Shown: in pieces, positions 9,144 to 17,971 of the stretch | How positions within the stretch are numbered: position 1 is the stretch's first letter | Layout: each line of letters begins with the position of its first letter | Position numbers and translations under genes: made by a program | Assembly: GCA_012838555.1 (NCBI GenBank) | Contig: DUOZ01000115.1 | Location: 2,226-66,225, forward strand | Direction: 5' to 3' | DNA: 64,000 nt | Source: a bacterium | Lineage (GTDB): Bacteria > Bacillota_I > Bacilli_A > RFN20 > DUOZ01 | The notes under the pieces: generated by a model | What the model saw: the letters and a program-made list of their open reading frames with translations, nothing else | Database searches by the model: none | Told to the model about the DNA's origin: nothing

Positions 9144-9544
9144 GATACTTTAACTTGCAAAGATTCATTATGTAACTGCATAAACTCAATTTTATTGCCA
9201 TCATAGTCTTGGCACCAGCATTGATAGTTTTTATCTTTACCTTGAATAGGTTCAACATCAAGTTTAATGCCGTTTTTCTTTAAATGATTCGCAATCACAT
9301 TGATATCATCTACTTCTAGACATAAATGTGAATAACTTAACTTATCTTTATTAAATTCTTTCTCATTTGAATAGAATAATTCAATAAATTGATAAGGTTT
9401 AACTTTTAGATAAACAATCCACGGATTACCATTATCATCATCAATTGTAAAAGCTTTTTCAAATCCTAAGATGTCTTGGTAAAAATGTAGAGCTTTCTCC
9501 ATATTAGTAACGTTAAATGCTAGATGAGAAATACCTTTAATCAT
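9137..9544 (-). CDS. VOC-family protein (glyoxalase/bleomycin-resistance fold)
   Basis: It is 135 aa with an N-terminal GISHLAFNVTNMEKALHFYQDILGF glyoxalase-type motif. Confidence 0.7.
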   Translation of the reverse strand: MIKGISHLAFNVTNMEKALHFYQDILGFEKAFTIDDDNGNPWIVYLKVKPYQFIELFYSNEKEFNKDKLSYSHLCLEVDDINVIANHLKKNGIKLDVEPIQGKDKNYQCWCQDYDGNKIEFMQLHNESLQVKVSK

Positions 9545-10175
9545 TATTTGTTTCTCCTTTCTTAGTTAATAAAAATAAACAAATACTTGGCATAAAGAAT
9601 TTTTCTTTGATTTTAATCACTTTTATTAAATTAAAGTGTTCTTTAGTTAATGATTCTATCTTTTTGATTGATGGATACTTACCAAAACCAGTATAAAATT
9701 TTACAGCAAACATAGAAATTTTATCATAAAAGTTATTGATTGAAGCTTGTGCTAGTAATAAATAGCCATTATCATTTAATAGATTATTAAACTTTTTAAT
9801 AGCTTTTTCTTGATCTTGGTAATAAGGAAAAGAATGTGAACACATGATAATATCAAATTTTTCAACAGTCTCAAAATCAAAGATACTACTATTGTAGAAA
9901 GTAATATCTTTGTTTTTAATTTTAGCAAGTTCGAGCATTTTTGAAGATATGTCAACACCAATAATGTTAAGGTCATAGCTTATAAATTCATTTTTTACCT
10001 CATAGATAAGTTGTCCAATACCACAGCTCATATCTAAAATATTTAAACTAGTGCCAGGTTTAATGATGTTATGAAGCTCATTTATAATCGTGTTTCTTGT
10101 TGGACCTAGTGAGTATTTTTGTATCCAGTGCTTCTCATATTTGGTAGCCCAATAATCCCATACCTTCTTGCTCAA
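9537..10175 (-). CDS. Class I SAM-dependent methyltransferase
   Basis: The ILDMSCGIGQL motif is present. It overlaps the VOC gene by 8 nt. Confidence 0.7.
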   Translation of the reverse strand: MSKKVWDYWATKYEKHWIQKYSLGPTRNTIINELHNIIKPGTSLNILDMSCGIGQLIYEVKNEFISYDLNIIGVDISSKMLELAKIKNKDITFYNSSIFDFETVEKFDIIMCSHSFPYYQDQEKAIKKFNNLLNDNGYLLLAQASINNFYDKISMFAVKFYTGFGKYPSIKKIESLTKEHFNLIKVIKIKEKFFMPSICLFLLTKKGETNND

Positions 10176-10187
10176 TTTGAACGCTCT

Positions 10188-10970
10188 CTATTTAAACTCA
10201 AAATATGCTTCAATTGGATAGTGATCGGATAAGAATTTACCTTTTACTTTTTCTTGGAAGATAGCAACTTTGTTTAATTTAATTAAATCATTTACAAAGA
10301 TATGATCAATTGGTAATCCTTCCTTAGTCCCAGTAAAATTATGGAAGGTTGTTCCAAAATTATCTTCACTAATTAATTCATTTGCATGAATTAAGGAAGC
10401 AAAGTGTCTTAAATAATATAGAGGATCATCATTTTTAGTAGCATTGAAATCACCTGTAATAATAAGAGGTAATACTTCTTTTTGATTATGTTCATTAATT
10501 AAGTCTCTTAACATTTTTGCTCCTTCAACACGTGCTAATTCACTTTCATGATCTAAATGAGTGTTGTAAAAACGGAAGCGCAAAAATGGATTTTTAATGA
10601 AATAAAATTCACCATAAGTAATAATTCGTGGTAATGAAGCTTTAAAATCCTTTGTATTTGGGATCATAGGAGTTTTGCTTATCCAAATAGTCTCACTTTT
10701 TCTTACCCTTAAAATGTCGCTATTGTAGAAGATAGCATTATACTCTGCATTAAATTTGTTATTACTTCGAGGTACACCAATATATTGATAATCATGTAAA
10801 TTTTCGCATAAATCATCAATCATACCCTCAACACCCTCTTGGGTGCCAAAAATTAATGGTTTCCTATCATTTAAATAAGTAATGATACTATCAAGGCGAT
10901 AAGGCCAAGCATTTTCTTTATCATGATTTGTAGAAATCCTTAGATTAAATGTAAGTAATAGATGTTCCAT
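10188..10970 (-). CDS. Endonuclease/exonuclease/phosphatase (EEP) family protein, cytoplasmic
   Basis: It is 260 aa with LTFNLR near the N-terminus, GDFN and a C-terminal SDHYP motif. There is no signal peptide. Confidence 0.7.
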   Translation of the reverse strand: MEHLLLTFNLRISTNHDKENAWPYRLDSIITYLNDRKPLIFGTQEGVEGMIDDLCENLHDYQYIGVPRSNNKFNAEYNAIFYNSDILRVRKSETIWISKTPMIPNTKDFKASLPRIITYGEFYFIKNPFLRFRFYNTHLDHESELARVEGAKMLRDLINEHNQKEVLPLIITGDFNATKNDDPLYYLRHFASLIHANELISEDNFGTTFHNFTGTKEGLPIDHIFVNDLIKLNKVAIFQEKVKGKFLSDHYPIEAYFEFK

Positions 10971-10981
10971 AGATTCACCCC

Positions 10982-12709
10982 TTATTCTTTTAATGAAGCA
11001 TAATATAGTTTACTATAATAACCATTTTGATTTAATAAATCTTCGTGTTTTCCTCTTTCAACAATTCCTTCTTTATCCATAACAAGAATTTCATCAGCAT
11101 CTTTAATTGTTGTTAAACGATGGGCGATGATGATAGTTGTACGATTCTTAGCAAGTTCATCTAGTGATTCTTGAATGATTTTTTCAGTTATGTTATCTAG
11201 TGAAGAAGTAGCCTCATCTAAAATTAAGATTGAAGGGTCTTTTAAGAATAATCTAGCTATGGCAATTCTTTGTTTTTGCCCTCCACTTAAGCGTACGCCT
11301 CTTTCACCAACAATAGTATCATAACCATCTTCAAGTGATTCAATAAAGTCATGGATATTAGCCTTTTTAGCAGCTTCAATCACTTCTTCATCACTTGCAT
11401 TTACATTACCATATAATATATTTTCTTTAATTGTACCAAAAAAGATGAAGACATCTTGTTGAACGTGTCCAATCGCATTTCTTAATGAGAACAAATCATA
11501 ATCTTTGATGTTTACACCATCAATTAAAATTTCACCATCATCTATATCATAGAATCTCGGTACTAATTTGGAGATTGTTGATTTACCGACTCCAGTTTCT
11601 CCAATTAAACCAATTTTACTTCCTTTTTTAATATTAATAGTAAAGTCTTTTAAGACTTGCTCATTACTAGCAGGATAAGTAAAGTTTACATTTTTAAATT
11701 CAATCTCACCTTTAGGGTCAGTTAGTTTAACTGCATTTGGTTTAGATTGTATTGATGGTTTAATTTTAATAATCTCATAGAACTTTTCAAAACCAGTCCA
11801 AGCTTGATTAATTTGTTCCATGGAAGCTACTAAACGATTAATTGGTTTAACTAAATAGTTAAAATAAAGGAAGAAGGCAAATAATTCAGTTGTAGAAATA
11901 AAATTCAAGTAAACTAAATATGTGCCTACTGCTAATAAAACCAAGTTAGTTAAAAGGATTAAGAACTCATTACCAGTGTGGAAAATTGCCATTTGTTTAT
12001 ATGAATATTTCCATGATTGTTGATATTCGTTATTAATCTGTTTAAATTTCTTTTTTTCGTGTTCTTCATTAGTAAAGGCCTTAGTTAATCTAATTCCACT
12101 AATACTACTTTCTAGTTGAGAGTTTAATTCTCCATGGAAGTATCTAACGTTTCTAAATCCTTGTTGCATCTTTTTCCTTCGATTAAAGGAAAAGATGAAG
12201 ATAATGATAATCATAAAGGACATAATTAATGTTAAATAGACAGAACTAAACATTAAAATAATAAAACTTCCTATTAACATAATAAATGAAATAAACAAAT
12301 CTTCAGGTGCGTGATGTGACATTTCTGAAATATCACGCAAATTGTTAGTGATATTAGCCATTAATTGACCTGTTTTGTTTTGATCGAAAAATTCATAATC
12401 TAAGACTTCGTATTTATTAAATAGGTCTTGACGCATATCTTTTTCAATTCTAGTACCCATAATGTGCCCATAATAACTTACTACATATGAGAAGACTAAG
12501 CGTAGAATATAGGCAACTAATAAGCAAATAAGAACAATAAATATCATTCTAAAATTGTTATTAGGTAGTAAGTCTTCTAAGATAAGTTTAGATAAAAAGG
12601 GAAAAAGTAGATCTGTAAGTGCTAGCATTAAAGCACAGAATAAATCAATGATTAGTAATCTTAAATGTGGTTTATAATAACTTGCAAATTTTTTAAACAA
12701 ATAAATCAA
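10982..12709 (-). CDS. ABC exporter, fused TMD-NBD (MsbA/type I exporter-like)
   Basis: It is 575 aa with a six-TM N-terminal domain. The C-terminal NBD carries Walker A GETGVGKST, the signature LSGGQKQR and Walker B ILILDEATS. Confidence 0.85.
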   Translation of the reverse strand: MIYLFKKFASYYKPHLRLLIIDLFCALMLALTDLLFPFLSKLILEDLLPNNNFRMIFIVLICLLVAYILRLVFSYVVSYYGHIMGTRIEKDMRQDLFNKYEVLDYEFFDQNKTGQLMANITNNLRDISEMSHHAPEDLFISFIMLIGSFIILMFSSVYLTLIMSFMIIIIFIFSFNRRKKMQQGFRNVRYFHGELNSQLESSISGIRLTKAFTNEEHEKKKFKQINNEYQQSWKYSYKQMAIFHTGNEFLILLTNLVLLAVGTYLVYLNFISTTELFAFFLYFNYLVKPINRLVASMEQINQAWTGFEKFYEIIKIKPSIQSKPNAVKLTDPKGEIEFKNVNFTYPASNEQVLKDFTINIKKGSKIGLIGETGVGKSTISKLVPRFYDIDDGEILIDGVNIKDYDLFSLRNAIGHVQQDVFIFFGTIKENILYGNVNASDEEVIEAAKKANIHDFIESLEDGYDTIVGERGVRLSGGQKQRIAIARLFLKDPSILILDEATSSLDNITEKIIQESLDELAKNRTTIIIAHRLTTIKDADEILVMDKEGIVERGKHEDLLNQNGYYSKLYYASLKE

Positions 12710-12717
12710 CTCCTAAA

Positions 12718-14586
12718 CTAACGACCACCGCTTCCTCCTCCGCCACGGCCACCGCCTCCACCAGAGGAGAAGCCTCCTCTTCCACCACCACTACTACCAC
12801 TAACATAGCGTTGTGGAGAGAATGTTACTTTTCCAATATTGGAAATAGTTTGATATGGACTAACACCATAACTTCTCATCATCATAAAACTATATAGATA
12901 ACTAGTTCTAATGGTAGGATCATGTATAACCGTATCAAACTTCTTCTCTAACTGTTTGATTACTTTATCTGCAATGCCTAAAGCTACTGCATAGACTAAG
13001 TAATTTTCCCACATTACTAAGTCTTGAACTAGTTTTTCATTAATTAAGGTATAATCTTGTAAATAGTTGGCAAAAGCCTTAATTTCTTCATATTTATCTT
13101 CGCCTTGTTGTGTTAATCTTGTGAATTTAGGTCCTGTAATAATTAATATTGTTATTGCACATATCCCGACATTAATAGCACCAATGATTAAGAAGAATAT
13201 CCAATTTGTGAGTTTTGGTTCAATCATTACAAAAATAAATCCAGTAATTATTAAGATAATATTTAATAGAATTGGGGAAAAGCGTAAAACATTATATTTG
13301 TTAAGTTCAGTATCTACCCAATTTTGCTTATTAAATAAGACATTGAATTCACTTTTTACCCCAGCCATATCAGCTGAAAAACTAGTTGTATTCTTCTTTG
13401 CATATTTTTCAATATCTTTATCAGTTAAATTTACACCATCTGGACTTAACTTGGTAAATAATAAATGGACTATATCTCTTTCATAATTTGTTAAATCTTG
13501 TGGGTCATTATCAATTAATGTATAAGACATAGTAGGCTTTTTCTTGTTACCACTTACATCAATTGATATAACCTTTTTCTTAGCGAGACTTAATAAGGCA
13601 GACACAAACAAGTCATTACTAACATCAATACTGTAATAACGATATAATTTACCGGCTAAAATCGGATCCATATCAGGAATGCGATTAATTGAGCCTCGGT
13701 TAATACCTTTAAAGCGAGGGTATTTGGATTTTATATAAATGTTATAACTAATGATAATTAAACTTACGATAAATGCAAGGATGAAGCAAATATAAATAAG
13801 CATAGCATCTTTTTTGACTAATTCCATTGCAATTTCATTTTCTTTTATAACATCATCTAAAATAACGCCGTCTAATTTAGGGGCTTTAGTAAAGACACCA
13901 CTTGGGACTAATACTCTAATCTCAAAGCGTTCATTTGCATCTAGATTAGAAGCTTCAAAACTTAATTTATCTTCACCAATTTTGCCATCAACTGGTCCAT
14001 AACCATAACTGTATATATCATCTTTAGCAACATCACTTGGTAATTCAATATTTACTTTCATATTATAGATTGGGAAATCGTAGTTTCGAGCAATCATATA
14101 ATATAAATCAGCATAATCTTCATGAACCTTTACAAAGTCTTTAAATTTAAGATCCATGACAATTTTTTGGTCGAAATTTTCATTTCTTGGGAAATAATAT
14201 TCAATTATGTATTCCCCATTACTATAACCAAAGTAATATTGTCCATAATATTCACTTGGATTCATATCGCTTAAAGGCGCTCTATCTTCTGATTTAGTGT
14301 ATTTTTGATCATTTATATAAAGAGATAAGACTTCCATCTCATAGTCTTGGTAAGGGTCATTAAATGTAAAATACCTCACCGAATATGAATCATTAACATG
14401 TGTATCAATAGTGTAGGTGGCTAAAGCATCACCATTATCATCTAACTTTATATCAACATTAAATTCTTTAGCATAAACTCCATAATCATCTATTGAAGGC
14501 GGTAAAGATGACAAATAAATAATGAGTAAAGTTGCACCTAAAAGTGCACTAAACGCAAATAAAATACCAAATAAATTTCTTTTCAT
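12718..14586 (-). CDS. DUF2207-family membrane protein with Gly/Arg-rich C-terminal tail
   Basis: It is 622 aa with a signal/TM start and a large extracytoplasmic domain. Central TM helices are followed by the C-terminus SGSSGGGRGGFSSGGGGGRGGGGSGGR. It lies next to lemA. Confidence 0.65.
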   Translation of the reverse strand: MKRNLFGILFAFSALLGATLLIIYLSSLPPSIDDYGVYAKEFNVDIKLDDNGDALATYTIDTHVNDSYSVRYFTFNDPYQDYEMEVLSLYINDQKYTKSEDRAPLSDMNPSEYYGQYYFGYSNGEYIIEYYFPRNENFDQKIVMDLKFKDFVKVHEDYADLYYMIARNYDFPIYNMKVNIELPSDVAKDDIYSYGYGPVDGKIGEDKLSFEASNLDANERFEIRVLVPSGVFTKAPKLDGVILDDVIKENEIAMELVKKDAMLIYICFILAFIVSLIIISYNIYIKSKYPRFKGINRGSINRIPDMDPILAGKLYRYYSIDVSNDLFVSALLSLAKKKVISIDVSGNKKKPTMSYTLIDNDPQDLTNYERDIVHLLFTKLSPDGVNLTDKDIEKYAKKNTTSFSADMAGVKSEFNVLFNKQNWVDTELNKYNVLRFSPILLNIILIITGFIFVMIEPKLTNWIFFLIIGAINVGICAITILIITGPKFTRLTQQGEDKYEEIKAFANYLQDYTLINEKLVQDLVMWENYLVYAVALGIADKVIKQLEKKFDTVIHDPTIRTSYLYSFMMMRSYGVSPYQTISNIGKVTFSPQRYVSGSSGGGRGGFSSGGGGGRGGGGSGGR

Positions 14587-14597
14587 AGTGATTCTCC

Positions 14598-15131
14598 TTA
14601 ATCAGATACTTTGTATGTAGGATACTCAATTGTTGAAAATTTGAATATTTTTGCAACAATATTATTAGGGAATTTTTCAATAAAGCGGTTATAAGACATT
14701 ACCATTTCATTGTAGAAAAGTCTTTGGTAGGCGATTTGTTTTTCGGCATCATTAATTTCATCCATTAATTTAATATAACTATTATGAGATTGTAATGATG
14801 GGTAACCTTCTTTTATTAAATTAATAAGCACATTAAAATCTTCATTAGCTTCAATCTTTTCATTAATTGAAGCATTTAACATCTTACTTCTTAATTTAGT
14901 TAACTTTTCCAACTCTTCACTTTCAAATTTCATTTGACTTTTTAGTAAAGATGTTAGATTAGGTAATACTTCTGCCTTTCTTTTTAATTCAATATCAATT
15001 AATGACCAATTATAAGTAACTTTCTTCTTGTAATTAATGATTTTGTTATAAACATTAACAACATAGAAAGTTAGTAAAAGTAAAACTAAAATTATGACAA
15101 TAGCAATGTAAATATATAAATTCTCTTTCAT
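14598..15131 (-). CDS. lemA: LemA-family protein
   Basis: It is 177 aa with an N-terminal TM helix and a conserved LemA core (YN..I....ID.EL.RK.E..PNL). Confidence 0.8.
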   Translation of the reverse strand: MKENLYIYIAIVIILVLLLLTFYVVNVYNKIINYKKKVTYNWSLIDIELKRKAEVLPNLTSLLKSQMKFESEELEKLTKLRSKMLNASINEKIEANEDFNVLINLIKEGYPSLQSHNSYIKLMDEINDAEKQIAYQRLFYNEMVMSYNRFIEKFPNNIVAKIFKFSTIEYPTYKVSD

Positions 15132-15140
15132 ATAATCACC

Positions 15141-17957
15141 TTATTTCTTTTTAAGTGCCTGAATTGGATCAACGTTTGAAATCTTCATAGCAGGTAAAAT
15201 ACTAGCAATAACCGATAAGATTATAGCAGTTGTAAAGACAACTAGCAAAGCTTGTAAATCAAATGAAATGATATTGAAATTAGTTCTTATTATACCTAGT
15301 GTCATCAACGTAAGTGTTATTTGGAAAATATAATTTATGATAAATCCAATTACCATCGAGAATAAATAGGCGATTATCGAACTAATCACACCAATAATGA
15401 CTGTTTCATTAATAAATAATAGACCAATATCAAACTTTCTAGCACCCATGGTTCGCATGACACCAACTTCTTGTCGTCTTTCAATAATTGAAATAAAGCT
15501 AACCATGGAAATAAGCATTACCGCTACTAAAATAGAAATACTAGATAAAACAATCAAGACGGTCCTTACTCCTTCTACGGCACTATTAATTGAATTATTG
15601 ATTTCAACAATTTGATTAGAAAAAGTATAATCAGGATATAAATCTTTTAATTTACTCATCAAATTTGCGATATTAACATTTTTCTTTACAAATAAGAAAA
15701 TTGAATAATTATCAATAGGGACTAATTCCACTTGAGAATACACATCTATTGAATCATCGCTTTCTAATAAAAATATTTTATTAAAGAAATTATTAGGCCA
15801 ATTACTATAAGATAAAATAGAAAGTGTATCTTCGTTTAAAGCTACTCCTGTAATTGTTAATTCAAAATCAATACTATTAAAACTTTGTGTTAAATTACCG
15901 TATAGTTTTGTATTAACTAAACTATCATAGTTTTTAGGTTTTCCACTTAAAAGAGCATCAGCAAGTTTTTTAGAAATGACAACTTGATTTAAATCATTTT
16001 TAGAAGGAACACTACCTTTAATATTATAATACTTAATTGAAGTTTGACCATCTTCATTTAAAGGTCTAAAGGTAAAGATGTTTCCTTTCTTCGTATTAAA
16101 TAAGTTAGTTGGTAATTCATCAATAGGAATTTGATAATAATCAGGTCTTGAAGCATATAAATCACTTAACGATTCATCATTACTTAAAAAGACATTTGGT
16201 GAAAATTTAAGGATGTTTTCTTCAATTTCAAAGTATTTAGAGTTAACATAACTAATTAATTCATTAGAATTTTCTTTAATTATCTTATTAATCTCTGTAC
16301 TATTTAAAGGAATTCGATAAGCTCTTTGAATTTTGATATTCCTAGTTTCTTCTTCAGTTGTAAAGAAGTAGTATTCAGATAAATTAGGATTATTATTTAA
16401 TTCGTGTAATACTACTTTTGTATTTACATTATTTGTATAAGTAAGATTGTTTTCTAGTACTAATGCATTTTTATTAGTATTTGGGAATCTTACTATTTGA
16501 TAAGGACTATCTTTTAAGAAGTTCGTAGCAAAATCAGTGTTAGTATGGTAGATTTTGCTTTGTTCATAATAGTCACTGAGTCCTTCTGTTTCAACAAAAC
16601 CAACGATTCTAAATGTTTTATTATTTAAGAAACTAGAGTTATCTTCAAAAATCAACATCATCGGTTCATCATTAAGTAACTCTGATGCTTTTTGAATCGA
16701 ACAAGTTATTCTAGAAGATTCATAATAATCGCAAACATTAAGATATTGTCGACTGTTAACTAAGATTTCATTATCTTCAAGTGGTTTTGTTAAACTAGGA
16801 GTAATCCTTTCATCTTCATAAGAAACATAATTATAATTAAGTAAGTCTACTAATGTAGTAATAGTATAATTTTTATCTGTTTTTAAGGAAATACCGAAAT
16901 TAATCTGATAATAAGAAGGTGAATATGTTTGATATTTAATTAAATCAACATCTCCACTATTACTTATTACATAATCATAATCAGCATCAGAGATTTGTTT
17001 ATTAATATTTTTATTTGTTTTACCTACTTCAATATAATTTTCGCTTTTTAAGCCACCAAGAGCATCGACAATAAATCTTTGGAAACCATTGGTTAATGTT
17101 ATTGCAAGTGCGATACCAGTTAAACCAATTGCTAAACCAATTGATGATAATATATTTCTTGCTTTATGTAAACCCAGTGATCTAAAGGCAATTTTTAAGT
17201 TAGTTAAAAATGGTAGTTTACCTTTCCTATTTCCTTTTCTTTTTTTAGTTAAGTTAATGTTTAAGTTAGATTCTTTAACATTTTCTTCATTATTTATTAT
17301 ATTTATGATTTGTCCATCTTTCATTTGGAATATCTTTGAAGCATATTCATAAGCAAATTTTTCTTCATGAGTAACCATGATGATTAAACGTTCTGATGAT
17401 AGTTTTTGAAGAATATCTAAAATAATTCTAGAGTTCTTAGAGTCTAGTTCACCTGTAGGTTCATCTGCTAGAATGATTTTTGGATCATTCATTAAGGCTC
17501 GAGCGATGACAACTCTTTGCTTTTGACCACCTGAAAGAGTATTAACTTTTCTTCTTCTTAAGTCATAGATATTTAACAACTTTAAGATTTCAGTCGCTCT
17601 TTTTTCTTGAATCTGACTAGGTTGAGAGTCAATTTGAAGTGGGAAAATTATATTTTCATAAACGGTTAATGAATTTAATAAAACGGCATGTTGAAAGATA
17701 AAACCAATTGTATCTTTACGATAATCATTTATTTTATTCTTACTTTTAGCATCAATAACACGATTATCAATCATGATACTTCCTTCAAAGTCACTATCCA
17801 TACCACCGATAATATTTAGTAAGGTTGTTTTACCACATCCTGAAGGACCTAAAATAGCAAATAACCCTTTTTCAGGTAATTCAAAGGAAATATTATGTAA
17901 AGCTTTAAATTCAATTTTACCTTTATAGGTTTTATTAATATTTCTAACTTTTAACAT
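15141..17957 (-). CDS. ABC transporter with fused N-terminal NBD and C-terminal FtsX-like permease (MacB architecture), 938 aa
   Basis: It carries Walker A GPSGCGKTT, the signature LSGGQKQR and Walker B ILADEPTGELD. A roughly 550-aa extracytoplasmic domain precedes a C-terminal FtsX four-TM bundle. Confidence 0.75.
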   Translation of the reverse strand: MLKVRNINKTYKGKIEFKALHNISFELPEKGLFAILGPSGCGKTTLLNIIGGMDSDFEGSIMIDNRVIDAKSKNKINDYRKDTIGFIFQHAVLLNSLTVYENIIFPLQIDSQPSQIQEKRATEILKLLNIYDLRRRKVNTLSGGQKQRVVIARALMNDPKIILADEPTGELDSKNSRIILDILQKLSSERLIIMVTHEEKFAYEYASKIFQMKDGQIINIINNEENVKESNLNINLTKKRKGNRKGKLPFLTNLKIAFRSLGLHKARNILSSIGLAIGLTGIALAITLTNGFQRFIVDALGGLKSENYIEVGKTNKNINKQISDADYDYVISNSGDVDLIKYQTYSPSYYQINFGISLKTDKNYTITTLVDLLNYNYVSYEDERITPSLTKPLEDNEILVNSRQYLNVCDYYESSRITCSIQKASELLNDEPMMLIFEDNSSFLNNKTFRIVGFVETEGLSDYYEQSKIYHTNTDFATNFLKDSPYQIVRFPNTNKNALVLENNLTYTNNVNTKVVLHELNNNPNLSEYYFFTTEEETRNIKIQRAYRIPLNSTEINKIIKENSNELISYVNSKYFEIEENILKFSPNVFLSNDESLSDLYASRPDYYQIPIDELPTNLFNTKKGNIFTFRPLNEDGQTSIKYYNIKGSVPSKNDLNQVVISKKLADALLSGKPKNYDSLVNTKLYGNLTQSFNSIDFELTITGVALNEDTLSILSYSNWPNNFFNKIFLLESDDSIDVYSQVELVPIDNYSIFLFVKKNVNIANLMSKLKDLYPDYTFSNQIVEINNSINSAVEGVRTVLIVLSSISILVAVMLISMVSFISIIERRQEVGVMRTMGARKFDIGLLFINETVIIGVISSIIAYLFSMVIGFIINYIFQITLTLMTLGIIRTNFNIISFDLQALLVVFTTAIILSVIASILPAMKISNVDPIQALKKK

Positions 17958-17971
17958 GTTTTTTCACCTTC

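Noticed and set aside
13067-13486. 139-aa plus-strand ORF inside the DUF2207 gene
   Set aside because: It is antisense to a conserved-family gene and shows no start signals. A similar judgement applies to 8560-8895, 9776-9976, 13814-14002, 15397-15615, 17089-17352, 19242-19469, 20947-21207, 22175-22447, 22715-22999, 24655-24849, 25270-25470, 27316-27519, 31761-31955, 39923-40240, 43633-44064, 52140-52322, 53151-53348, 55799-55990, 56119-56513, 58557-58769, 60348-60533 and 61766-61957.
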